Source: Eledone cirrhosa
Lineage: Eukaryota
Length of the DNA: 64,000 nt
Assembly (NCBI GenBank): GCA_964016885.1
Contig: OZ024740.1
Location: 57,536,001-57,600,000 of the forward strand
Direction: 5' to 3'
The notes beneath the pieces were generated by a model. That model was not told the origin of the DNA. It ran no database searches and worked only from the letters and a program-made list of their open reading frames with translations. Position 1 is the first letter of the stretch; every line of letters begins with the position of its first letter. A program made the translations under genes and the position numbers. Positions 13,356-25,944 of the stretch are shown in pieces.

Positions 13356-13760
13356 CTCTTTGTGGCCTGGTCACTGACACACTTGCAGTGGAACTGTGTC
13401 AGTGATCATGTTGCTAAACAGCTTCACACTAAGAAATAAATGGTAAAGATAAAGTAAAGAGAACAGTTTTTGTGTATTTTTGAGTGGCTAAAATGACTCT
13501 TCCATGATGTAATTGCTTTAGTTTCAACACATGGTCTCTCTGATAAAGTGACTTGTCAGACAAGTACAACTCCAAATCTGTTTTCAATATGATAGTGATA
13601 CTGACAGACTTACATTTCCTCTCTATGAAGTGTTTCTGCTTTTATTACCATCCTCTCTTATCTTACATAATGAAGGAAATGTTTAATAATTAAATCATGT
13701 GTGTATATATCATCATCATCGTTTAACATCCATCTTCCATGCTAGCTTGGGTTATATATA

Positions 13761-14152
13761 TCATCATCATCATCACCGTTTTATGTCCGTTCTTCCACGC
13801 TAGCATGGGTTAGATGGGTTGTCCTGTTGTGGGCAGTGTCTGGTCGGCTGACCATGCCTTGCTCATACAGGAACTGATTTTGGCTTGATTTCTACTGCTG
13901 GATGCCCTTCCTAACACCAACCTCATTTACAGTGAGTGCTGGGTGCTTTTTTTCCATGGCACCTACACGTCCACTTTACAGTGTGGGCTGGGTGCTTTTT
14001 TGCCGTGGCACCTCCACGAGCACTTTGCAGTGGGAGGGTGTGGGGGCATATTGTCTATATGCTTCAGCTTGTACCCATGGGAGGTCGGGTACTCTGTATT
14101 ACTGCATGACGCCAGAGGTCACGGTCGTGTGTTATCGCCTTTGAGAGGTGAG
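13761..14152 (-). mobile_element. RTE subfamily B 3' end
   Basis: Matches 19847-20200 (CACCGTTTTAyGTCCGTTCTTCCAyGCTAGCATGGG...); ends in HLSKA..DRDLWRHAV codons; flanked by (TA)n. Confidence 0.9.
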
Positions 14153-14647
14153 GTATATATATATATATAAGAAAATGAGGTTTTTTTTTAAATGGAAAAA
14201 AAATGAGATGTCCTACACAAGTGAAAATATAAGGAAAAGAAATCGAAAATGCAACCGGTAAAGGAAACAAATAAATATTCTTAAAAAGACTCCAGTTGCA
14301 TTTTCGATTATATATAAGCAAAGTGATTGACTTAGGAAGCATTGAGAAAATTTGAAATGTGTGCATCCCAATGCAAATGATCATAATGATAGTTGATTGA
14401 TATAAATAATAGTTGAGAAAACCTGAAATGGAAAAAAGTGGTCAAACCTGAAATGAATCAAACCCTGCATCTCTGCAATTTTTTTTCACTATTATTTATA
14501 GGGATCGATTATCATTATGGTCATTTGCATTGGGATGCACACATTTCAAATTCCATATATATATATATATCATCATCATCATCATCATCATTTTACGTCC
14601 ACTTTTCAATGCTTGCAAGGGTGGGACATATATATATATATATACAT

Positions 14648-14694
<47 letters not shown>

Positions 14695-14730
14695 TAAAAT
14701 AAAGTGTCTTGCTCAAGGAAACAACACATC

Positions 14731-15031
14731 TCAGACCGGGTGATGTGTTGTGTCCTTGAGCAAGACACTTTATTTCACATTGCTCCAGTTTACTCAGCTG
14801 TAGAAATGAGATGATAAGGACTGGGGTCCCTATCATTCCACTGCAAAGTGGTCGTGGAGGTGCCACGGCAAAAAAGCACCCAGCACTCACTGTAAATGAG
14901 GTTAGTGTTAGGAAGGGCATCCAGCTGTAGAAATCAAGCCAGCATCAGGTCCCGTCCCACCCTTGCAAGCAGGGAAAAAAGGTACGTAAAAATGAAATGA
15001 TGAAATGAAATATACATGATGATGATGATGA
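14731..15031 (+). mobile_element. 5'-truncated tRNA-SINE with RTE-C-type tail, preceded by an inverted 5' segment
   Basis: Matches 56911-57258. Confidence 0.85.
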
Positions 15032-15054
15032 TATATATATAAATTTATATATAT

Positions 15055-15257
15055 ATCATCATCATCATTATCATGATTTTACATCCGCTTTTCCCTGCTT
15101 GCAAGGGTGAGACGGGTCCTCTTCAGCACAGCATCTCTCCATTTGTCACGGTCCTTCGTCATCTCCTCTGTGAGCTTCATCGATCTGAGGTCTGTTCTCA
15201 CCACATCCGCCCATTTTTTCATGGCCTTCCTCTACTGCGTCTTCCTTCTACTGGGAT
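15055..15257 (-). mobile_element. RTE subfamily C 3' end
   Basis: Matches 47030-47225. Confidence 0.85.
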
Positions 15258-15282
15258 TATATATATATATATTTATATATAT

Positions 15283-15592
15283 ATCATCATCATCATTTTA
15301 CGTCTGCTTTTCCCTACTTGCAAGAGTGGGAAGGGCTTGATTTCTACAGCTGGATGCCCTTCCTAACACCAACCTCATTTACAGTGAGTGCTGGGTGCTT
15401 TCTTCCGTGGCGCCTACACATCCACTTTACAGTGTGGGCTGGGTGCTTTTTTGCTGTGGCACCTCCACGACCACTTTGCAGTGGGATGATAGAGGACCTA
15501 GTCCTATCGTCTCATTTCTATAGCTGAGTAAACTGGAACAATGTGAAATAAAGTGTCTTGCTCAAGGAAACAACACATCACCCGGTCTGAGA
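15283..15592 (-). mobile_element. 5'-truncated tRNA-SINE, inverted relative to 14731-15031
   Basis: Reverse-complement match to the 56911 family. Confidence 0.8.
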
Positions 15593-15956
15593 TGTGTATA
15601 AAAATCCAAATCAAAATGTAAAACTACTATAATAAAAATGTAAAATCTCAGAAAGTTTTGTAAAAGTCATCCCCTTCCTCATCATGATGGTCATATTGAA
15701 AATAAGAAACTAATTGGTCATTACTATGCAGCACTATAGAACTTGGGGGTTGGGGGTGTGCAGGACATTTCAGGTTTCATACACAAAAAATTAAAACACA
15801 TAACAAACCTCCAAGTTTACATTTCTAAGTCAGCTCAGTGCAAGTAATTGGAAATCTCAAGTTATTCATATAGATGTTTAATTCAAAAAATCTGATCACC
15901 TTCATTTTAAGTGCACTTCCTACTTTGGCATGTGTTAGAGAGTTTGTGTATGTATA

Positions 15957-16480
15957 TACGAGGGAAAGTCAAAAACCATCCACACTCCTGTTTTTTTTCA
16001 ATTTATTTACACAAAAGCATGGGTCCAGCAGTCCAGAAGCTTGCATATTTCCTCCAAGAAGAAGATTTTTGGTTGGTTGCGCAACCATTTATGCCCCACT
16101 TGTCATTAATGATTTGATAAGCAGAACCATGACTAATCTGCAGAGAACATGCTACCTCATCGATGATAACTTGTCACTTCGCCATTACTATCTCCCAAGC
16201 TTGCTGAATTTTCTCGTCAGTGGTGGAGGTTGACAGCTGTCCTGCTCCTTCTTCATAAATCTCGCTTGTTGGCCACTTTTAAACTTCTTGATCCACTCAT
16301 ACACACGCAGTAGTGCATTTTCACCATATTGTGTTAAAAGCCTCCAATGAATTTCAGCTACAGACACACCTTCCAACCAAAGAAATCAGATCACTTTTCT
16401 TCGTTCCTTCTTTGTGCACACTGCTAGTAGAGTGCAGCCATGTTTACACTGAAACAGCAGCAAAAACATTGGTGTGATCA
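15957..16480 (-). mobile_element. mariner transposase remnant
   Basis: TACGAGGGAAAGTCAAAAA TIR-like end; ORF 16188-16376 EGVSVAEIHWRLLTQYGE..VYEWIKKFKSG resembles the mariner HTH. Confidence 0.75.
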
Positions 16481-16754
16481 AGCTCAAATATATATATATA
16501 TTTATATATATATATATTTTTTCAAGTTTTTTATTCTTATTAATTCTTTTTAATTGTAATACCCAACATTCGATAAGAAGGATTTTACTAATACATCGAA
16601 ACAGGTAATACTTTATATATTTTATATACATCATAAACTCTTTTTTAAAAGAATTGTCCCTCTCATTTTTTCAATAATGTCACTTTGACGAATCAAAGAA
16701 AGGAAAAAAAAGAAAAACAGATCCTTAAATATATTTTCTGTGCTATTTTCAATT

Positions 16755-16839
<85 letters not shown>

Positions 16840-18048
16840 TGTATTATACATATATATCATCATCACTTAATGTCAATTTTTCCACACTTTATGGGTTAGA
16901 CGGATTGTCGCATTATGAGACAAGTCAGATCTAGAGACCAACATGCTCACACGGATCTGTATTTTGGCTTGGTTTCTCTGGCTAGATGCCCTTCCTAACA
17001 CCAATCATGTTACAGTATGGATTGGGTGCTTTTTATTGTGGCACTGAAACAACCATCTAGCAATAGGGAGGCGCTTTTTGTCATGTCACCAGCATGACAA
17101 TCTTACAGGGTGGACTGGGTGCTTTTTGTCGTGTCACCAACATGACCACATTACATGCTGGACTGGGTGCTTTTGTTATTGTAGCACTGGACATTGTAAG
17201 TGATCAGACATAGCATGTGTCCAGCTTTCATGCTTGTATGCGTGGGTTGGATATATGAGGTGTAAAGGGGTGAGAGTTGTGAGGGGGGCAGGGTTAGATA
17301 AGCAAGTTCAACATTGATAAGGTGCATGGGATATTGACCACATCTCTCACACCACCACATCCCTATACACTAATCAGCCACCCCTACCCATCCTCACAAA
17401 CACCTATAAGTTAATAATTATTTCCCTCCCCAGAGCTGAGAGAGCTTTTATAGTTGGGTTTATGACCAACAACCTCTCTAGTGATGGTGCCACGGAAATG
17501 CACCTGGTACACACCATATGGATGGTTGGCTAGGGGAAGGGCAACTCAATGTAGAAGCCATGCTTAAAAGGGTTGAAATAACCCCTCAGCTATAGCAAAG
17601 ACACAGCAAACTCTTTAGTATTGGGGATCTACACAATAAATGCACCCAGTACACACTGTAAAGTGGTCGGTGATAGGGAGGGCATCCAGCTGTAGAAAGA
17701 TTGCCCAACAAAGGGTTAGGAGGATCTTTTAGTCATGTCAAGGACATAACACCCACCCATAGAAAGCTTGCCAAACGAGGGTTTAGGAGGATCCTTCAGT
17801 TTGTGTCAAAAGACACAACAACTTCTCTTCTGCAGTTGATAATGACTGTACAAAAGCAAGACAGACGTCCTCGACCTGTCCGGGATGTCAATGGCCCTTG
17901 CTTCAGTACTGACTTGGTCTATATAAACCTGTTCAACCCTTGCTAGCAGAGAAAGGGGGCATTAAATGATGATGATATATATATATATGTGTGTGCGTGT
18001 GGATATATATATATAAGATTGTCTTTTTATTTTTTTCTAATTATGCAG

Positions 18049-18244
18049 GCATTCACTGGATGGCCTCCAGAAAAATCTATATGCTGTTAATAAAGAATTA
18101 GATCGCAAAAATTATACACTGGTGCTGGATAAACGCTGCATGGATGTCAGACAGCGTTTGAAAGTTCGTCCAGTATCAGCAGAAGAAAGAAACTGTACGC
18201 TGACTGGAATAATAAGAGATAAACCTGATATTCTAGCTACTTAA
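18049..18244 (+). CDS. TEKT2: terminal coding exon of a tektin, most similar to tektin-2/B1
   Basis: Polypyrimidine tract plus TTATGCAG acceptor, then g-HSLDGLQKNLYAVNKELDRKNYTLVLDKRCMDVRQRLKVRPVSAEERNCTLTGIIRDKPDILAT*. The K.N.L.LD.RCMD.R..L pattern matches the TEKT2 C-terminus as recalled. AATAAA at ~18336. Not in the ORF track. Confidence 0.85.
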
Positions 18245-18335
18245 TTTAACATAAAGATGTCTTTCAAATTTGATGATTTTTCGATTTTATTAAGTATTAG
18301 ACTATAAATTATACATCAATATTATCAGGTTCCAT

Positions 18336-18341
18336 AATAAA
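18336..18341 (+). terminator. candidate polyadenylation signal of the tektin gene
   Basis: AATAAA ~90 nt after the stop, followed by T/GT-rich sequence. Confidence 0.5.
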
Positions 18342-18428
18342 ATGTTTAAATATGTTTTATTGTTATTTATATTATGTCCACAGATGGATATTTATATGTA
18401 TGTATAGACCCATAATGTGTTGGACACT

Positions 18429-18644
18429 TTAACCCTTTAACATTTAAAACGGCCATATCCTGCCAGAATTCTCTCACCTCTTTCTGTTCAAACAGGCTGT
18501 AACCAGCTGCTCATACTGATGTTAAGGTATTGTTCTCAAAATAAATAATATCAAAATTGCATAGATTCAATATTATGTGAGATAAAGCCTTTATTGTGAA
18601 AATATAATAGTAAATATAGAATAATGTAAATGCTAAAGGGTTAA
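18429..18644. mobile_element. piggyBac-like MITE (~210 bp)
   Basis: TTAA|CCCTTTAACATTTA...TAAATGCTAAAGGG|TTAA: TIRs plus TTAA target duplication. Confidence 0.9.
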
Positions 18645-19713
18645 ACTTGGTGGAGAAGGAGAGAGTGGTAGAGAGAAAGTGAGAAAGAGATATAGAGGAA
18701 GAATCAATCCCAGTATAGGGCTGGTACTTTTTTATTGTCCCTGAAAGGCAAAGTTGATCTTGGTTGGATTTGAACTGAGAGCACAGAAAGCCAGGCTGAA
18801 TGCCACAAAGTCTTCTATCCAACATTCTAATGGCTCTGCCAATTTGTTGCTATAGATAGATGTTTACTGTCAGCCAAAAGATGTATAAAATATCAATGAG
18901 ACAATACTTAGTAACTTACATAGAGTGACTAGAAGTGATTGATAGAAAATGTCAATTACAAACACAAAGAACAACTTGTCATTTCTTCTATAATGATAAT
19001 GATAATGATAATCCACCACTGTAAATTACAAATGTGTCAAACTGGAGGCAAAACATAATGTATATTAACAAATATATAGAAAAGAGCATCAGCTATTTCT
19101 AAGTGATTTAGCAGTAGAAGAAAGTTTGAGCATTGTCAGCTACTCTGGCTCTTTTGAGATTGTTAAATTTTATTCTAAATAATCTATTTTCCATTAATAT
19201 AAACATATAATTAGGATTAAAGTGAGAGGTATAGAGCTTAAGAAATAATAGAAAACAGAATTGCAATGGTTGTTAATAGGTACAATAACATCAATGAGGA
19301 TTTAAGCAATGGTTTTCACCTGCAGTAATACATTCTCTTATAATATTCTCATTTTTATTACTTAACAAACTGGAAAAAAGTGTTAAAATAATAATAATAA
19401 TAAAAACAAGCCGTAAACAAATGCTTTCACCCAGTCACAGTTATCTCGTTAATTTATTATCTAGTACTCCCATGAAAATATATTCTTATAATCTTAACCA
19501 ATCTCTTTTTTTGCAGAAGAATCATTTCTGAAGTCATCTAGAGCAAAATATGTGCATTTGTTTTCCAACTGTTGCTATCATGAGAATATATATATATATC
19601 ATCATCATTTCATTTTACGTCCGCTTTTCCCTGCTTGCAAGGGTGGGACGATATATATATATAATATATATATATATATAAGATATATAATATAGATATG
19701 TATGACATATGTA

Positions 19714-19833
<120 letters not shown>

Positions 19834-19846
19834 TAATATATATATA

Positions 19847-22800
19847 TCATCATCATCATCATCATCATCACCGTTTTACGTCCGTTCTTCCACGCTAGCA
19901 TGGGTTAGACGGGTTGTCCTGTTGTGGGCAGTGTCCGGTCGGCTGACCTTGTCTTGTTCATGCGGGAACTGATTCTGGCTTGATTTCTACAGTTGGATGC
20001 CCTTCCTAATACCAACCTCATTTACAATGAGTGCTGGGTGCTTTTTTGCCGTGGCACCTCCACGACCATTTTGCAGGGGGAGGGTGTGGCAGCATATTGT
20101 TTATATGCTTCAGCTTTAGCTTGTACCCGTGGGGAGTCGAGTCTTCTGTATTACTGCATGACACCAGAGGTCACGGTCGTGTGTCACCGCCTTTGAGAGG
20201 TGTAATTGGGTAAGGTCGGCTTTTATCACCTCATCCCAGGTCTTATTGGGTCTCCCCACTCCGCGGTTTCCATCGACTTCTAGTGCTCTGCACCTTTTTA
20301 TGCAGCTGACCTCCTTCATATGCATCACATGTCCATACCAATGCAACCGCCTTTCCTGCACACAGCATTTGATTCCTCTTATGCTCAGTCTCTCTCTCAA
20401 TTTATTTATGCTTTGCCGTTCGCGTATATTACTATTACACATCTATCGGAGCATGCAGGCTTCGTTTCTTTCTAATCTACACAAGTCATCCACGGACAGT
20501 GCCCAGGTCTCACTACCATGTAACATTGCTGTTCGTATACACGCATCATACAGTCTGCCTTTCATTTTGAGGGTAAAGCCTTTTGCAGCTAGCAGTAGCA
20601 GTAGCTCCCTGAACTTCTTCCATCTCGTTCTTACCCTAGTTATTGTACTTTCCGAACACCCACCTCTGCTGCTAATTCGGTCACCAAGGTAGCAGAAGCT
20701 GTCTACTGTTTTTACAGAGCCTTCCCAGAGTTTGGTGGTACTTGTTTCCTGTGGCTGTTTGCTGCTTGATGTCCCAGCGAAGCTGCTACATGTGAAGCCT
20801 ACATTGTTAGTTAAGCTTCCTGAGATCCCGCTACATCTCTTGTGTACCCATTGTTTGCATTTGGGGCAGAGAATGGAGTTCCTACCTACACCTTTCCTAC
20901 ATACTGAGCAAGGCCATTTCTCTGAGGGAATCTGGGTTCTGTTTTCTCGTCTACTTACAAGGGCCTTATTCTTTGTCCGGTTGACTTTGAGACCCTTTCT
21001 TTCTAGACCCTGCGTCCAAGTTTGGAATTTCTTCTCTAGTTCTACCATAGATTCAGCTATAAGTGCGAGGTCATCTGCATACAGGAGTTCCCATGGGCAT
21101 CCGGTCTTAAACTCCTCTGTTATTGCCTGCAGGACTATGATGAACAGAGAGGGCTAAGAACAGAGCCCTGGTGGACACCGACCGGTACGCTAAATTCCTC
21201 GCTATACTCATTGCTAATCCTAACTTTGCTGACTGCTCCCCTATACATGGCTTGTACAGCTTTCACAAGCCATTCATCTACTCCTAGTTTTCTAAGAGCC
21301 CACCAGATTATAGCACGGGGAACTCTGTCAAAGGCTTTCTCGAGATCAACGATTTCCAGGTAGAGTGGCTTACTTTTAGCTAGGTACTTTTCCTGTAACT
21401 GCCTCACAAGGAAGAAGGCATCAGTGGTGCCTCTTCTGGCACAAACCCAAATTGCATCTCATCTAGTTTCACCCTGTCCCTAATCAACTGTGCTATAACT
21501 CTTTCTGTTACTTTCATGACCTGGTCCATCAGCTTTATACCTCTATAGTTTCCTCTATCTAGTGCATCACCCTTACCTTTGTAGCAGTTGACAATGATGC
21601 TACTGCACCAATCCTTTGGTATGACACCTTCTAATATTACCTGGTTAACAATATGTGTGGTTATGGTGTGACCTACAGACCCAGATGCCTTCAGCATCTC
21701 GGCAGCTATACCCGATGGACCGGTTGCCTTCCCCATCTTTGATTGCCTTACTTACTACACAGCTGCTGACTTGTACTGCTGGCCCCTCTATAGGGTCTAC
21801 TTGGGGTAGGGTCTCTTCTTCCCATGCATTCTCTTCATTTAGTAATCTATCATAATGGTTCTTCCACGCATCTTCTCAGCACTTGTGAGGGCAAGCTCAC
21901 CTTTATCATTCCGGATACACTTCTCTCCAATGACATCACAATTCTCTCTGACACACTGCCTCACAATCTTGAACACCTCCTGTTTCTGCTCCTCACGTTG
22001 CAGAACATGCTTGAATTTTCTATCCTCTGCTTCCCTCCTAGCTAAGTATATTTGTTGCCTAGCTTCCCTCCTGGTCTCTATGTAATGTACCCTGCTTCCC
22101 CCGTTCTTCCATTCTTTCCATGCCTGTCTCTTGGCCTTAACTGCCTCATCTACCTTATTGTTCCACCACCAAGTCACTCTCCTCCTGCCTGTGGTCTTAC
22201 TCCAGCCACAGATCTCATCCGTCGCCTCTAGTAAGTTATTTTTTAGGAACTCCCAGTGCTCTTCTACATTGAATGTCTCTATCTGTTCTTCTTTACTGTC
22301 ATAGGCGTTGAGTAAAATATCTTTAAATCTGTTACTGGCTGAGGGATCTTTCAGCTTCCAGATCTTTCTTCTCCAGGTTGGCTTCTGTTTCCAGGTTCGT
22401 CTTGTTCTGACCGTGAGGTCGCTGACAACTAAGCTATGTAGGGAAGGCTTTTGTGTTTACAACCGTCCATCTGTCACGTCCTCTGATGAGGATAAAATCT
22501 ATCTGACTAGAATGCTCCCCTGATCTATAGGTGATCAGGTGGTTGTCGGGTTTTTTTGAAGTTTGTGTTACATATCGACATGTGATTGGTGTTGCAGAAT
22601 TCTAGAAGCCTGAAACCTTCTTCATTTCTTGTGCCAACCCCATGGCCTCCATGGACTCTATAGAAGCCGTCACAGTGTTTACCTATGTGTCCGTTAAAAT
22701 CTCCTGCAGTGATTAGGAAGTCATTGTCGTTAGTTAGAGCAGTAGTGTGCATTAGGGACTCGTAAAACCTATCCTTAAGTTCGTCTGGCAGCCCCGATTG

Positions 22801-22962
22801 GGGTGCGTAAGCTGATATTATTGTGGTAATTGTTTTATTCAGGACTAGTCTGAGTTTAATGATTCTTGCATTCACCCTGTTCACTAAAATTACCTTATCT
22901 ACCCACTTGTCAGCTAGTAGGATACCTACACCACCCATCCCATTGTCATTTCCCACCCCCCA
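19847..22962 (-). mobile_element. long RTE LINE, subfamily B (partial APE endonuclease + RT, frameshifted)
   Basis: ORFs 22525-23010 (ISAYAPQ, AGDFNGHIG), 21839-22177, 21404-21736 (QFGF), 21135-21407 (DLEKAFDRV, GVHQGSVLSP), 20443-21048 and 20116-20442; (CAT)n tail. Confidence 0.95.
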
Positions 22963-22989
22963 AAATGTGTATATATATATAAAATATAT

Positions 22990-23051
<62 letters not shown>

Positions 23052-24643
23052 CCCCGCTCCATTATCTGGTGGGCTCTTAGAAAACTAGGCGTTGACGAAT
23101 GGCTTGTGAGGGCTATACAAGCCATGTATAAAGAAACAGTCAGCAAGGTTAGAATTAACAACGAATATAGTGAAGAGTTTAGCGTAAAAGTTGGCGTCCA
23201 TCAGGGCTCTGTTCTCAGCCCACTACTATTTATTATTGCCCTTCAGGCTATAACAGAGGAGTTCAAGACAGGCTGCCCATGGGAACTCCTATACGCAGAC
23301 GACCTGACACTCATAGCGGAATCAATGGCCGAGCTAGAGAAGAAATTCCAAACATGGAAGCACGGCCTAGAGTCAAAAGGACTTAAAATTAACCTGGCTA
23401 AGACCAAAGTACTAGTTTGTAGGAAAGAAAACAAGGCGGCGGTCCCATCTGGGAAATGGTCGTGCTCGGTGTGTAGGAAAGGCGTAGGTAGAAACTCCAT
23501 TTTATGTCCTAAATGCAAAGTATGGGTGCATAAAAGATGTAGTGGGATCACAGGTAAGCTAACTAAGAACATAGATTTTACATGTGGCCGGTGCTCTGGT
23601 GCAATAAGTAGCAGCAAGTGCCCACAAACTACTAGCTCTTTCAATTGCGCAGAGGGTTCTATAGAAATAGTGGACAGCTTCCGTTACCTGGGCGATAAAA
23701 TCAGCAGTGGGGGAGGGTGCTCTGAAAGTACTGTAGCTAGAGTCAGAACTGGTTGGAAAAAGTTCAGAGAGCTTATACCACTATTAGCTGCTAAAGGGTT
23801 CTCACTAAAAATGAAAGGCAGGTTGTACGATGCCTGCATACGAACAGCAATGCTGCACGGCAGTGAGACCTGGGCATTGTGTGCAGAGGATATACGCAGA
23901 CTAGAGAGGAACGAAGCTTGCATGCTCCGCTGGATGTGTAACAGTAATATACGTGAACGGCAAAGCATAAACGAACTAAGGAAAAAATTAGAGATAAGAG
24001 GGATCAGATGTTGTTTACTCGAGAGAAGGCTACGTTGGTATGGACACGTGATGCGCATGAAAGTCGATAGCTGTATAACAAAGTGCAGGGCAATAAAGAT
24101 AGACGGTAGTCACGGAATAGGCAGACCTAGGAAAACCTGGGACGAGCTGATAAACTCCGACATCACACACTTACACCTCTCCAAGACAATGTCACTGGAC
24201 CGAGACCTTTGGCGGTACTCAGTAACAGAGAAGACCCGCCTTACCTAAATATATAGTAAAACCTACTCCAGCCAGTAGGCATCTCTAACAAAATACACCC
24301 CGTCCCACCACCCCCGCCCCCACCCCATCCACACCACCCCGTTCTATGTAAAGTTATGTTGGTGCCGCGCCATCGAGGCCGAAACAAATGAGATCGTGTA
24401 GGTGTCACGACAAAAAAACACACAGTCCACGCTGTAATGTGGCCGTGTAGGCAACACGGTAAAAACCTCCCAGACCCACACTGTAAATGTGGTTGGTGTT
24501 AGGAAGGGCATCCAACTGTAGAAAACCTGCCAGACAGTCCTATGCGAGCAAGACAATCACTCTTGCCTCAAGTGGGACTACCCCCGTCCAAACCCATGCA
24601 AGCGTGGAACACGGACGTTAAACGTTGATGATGATGATGATGA
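23052..24643 (+). mobile_element. 5'-truncated RTE LINE, subfamily A, with uninterrupted 380-aa RT/C-terminal frame
   Basis: ORF 23106-24248 with GVHQGSVLSP, LYADD, FRYLG; (GAT)n tail. Confidence 0.95.
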
Positions 24644-24747
24644 TACACATACATATATATATATATTACATATAATATATATATAAATTATATATAATAT
24701 ATGCTCAAGGAAGCAACACATCACCCGGTCTGAGAACTGAGAATTGG

Positions 24748-25037
24748 TTGTGAGTTCAATTCTCAGACCGGGTGATGTGTTGTTTCCTTGACCAAGACAC
24801 TTTATTTCACATTGCTCCAGTTTACTCAGCTGTAGAAATGAGATGATAGGGACTGCGGTCCCTATCATTCCACTGCAAAGTGGTCGTGTAGGTGCCACGG
24901 CAAAAAAGCACCCAGCACTCACTGTAAATGAGGTTGGTGTTAGGAAGGGCATCCAGCTGTAGAAATCAAGCCAGAATCAGTTCCCATCCCACCCTTGTAA
25001 GCAGGGAAAAAGCGGACGTAAAATGAAATGATGATGA
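24748..25037 (+). mobile_element. 5'-truncated tRNA-SINE with RTE-C-type tail
   Basis: GGTTGTGAGTTCAATTCTCAGACC B-box region onward matches the 56911 family; inverted fragment at 24703-24736. Confidence 0.85.
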
Positions 25038-25195
25038 TCGCCATCTTCATCATCACCATTTAATGTCCATTTTTCCACACTACCATCAGTATATATATAT
25101 AAATAATGTATATATAAAATATACATATACATATATATCATATATATCATATATATATATATATATATATATAAATATATATATATATATGTATA

Positions 25196-25227
<32 letters not shown>

Positions 25228-25723
25228 AATGAAGAGAATAAGATAAATACAAATCCCTTGTGTATCTTATGCAAGCAGCCATAAATCATGATTCATGTGT
25301 AATTTACCTACCACATTCCTAACACAGCATTGACATACTTAGAAGCCAAATCTTTTGCTTAGTTTTACATTTGGTATAAGCTTTAACAGTTCCATCAATT
25401 TCCATTCTGAACAAGAATTATTGATATATGGGCATATTTGTGTATGAATTTTGTGTGTTTGCATACATACACACAACCATCTATCCACCTATACATATGC
25501 ATATACATACATACATACATCTATCCACCCATACATATGCATACATATATATCATCATTGAACATCTGTTTTCCATGGTAGTGTATCACCATTATATATT
25601 TGTATATAAAATAAAGTACCAGTAATACACTGGGATAATTGGTGGCCTTGTGCCAAAAGGAGAAACAATTATATATTTGTTTATATATATATTATTTTTA
25701 ATATATATTTGTATCTCTTTCTT

Positions 25724-25802
<79 letters not shown>

Positions 25803-25944
25803 GTATATATATATCATCATCATCATCTTCGTTTAACTTCCATTTTCCATGCTGGACGTTAAACGAAGATGATGATGTTGATGATGATATATACACAAAT
25901 ATATATATATAGAGAGAGAGAGAGAGAAAGAGATACATATTTGT

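Noticed and set aside
20246-21157. Long antisense ORFs over RTE copies
   Set aside because: Shadow frames of the RT coding strand; no independent evidence of function.
22478-22505. CTGATGAGGATAAAATC hammerhead-like core
   Set aside because: It is the antisense of the endonuclease codons IDFILIRG in RTE-B; no GAAA/stem III follows.
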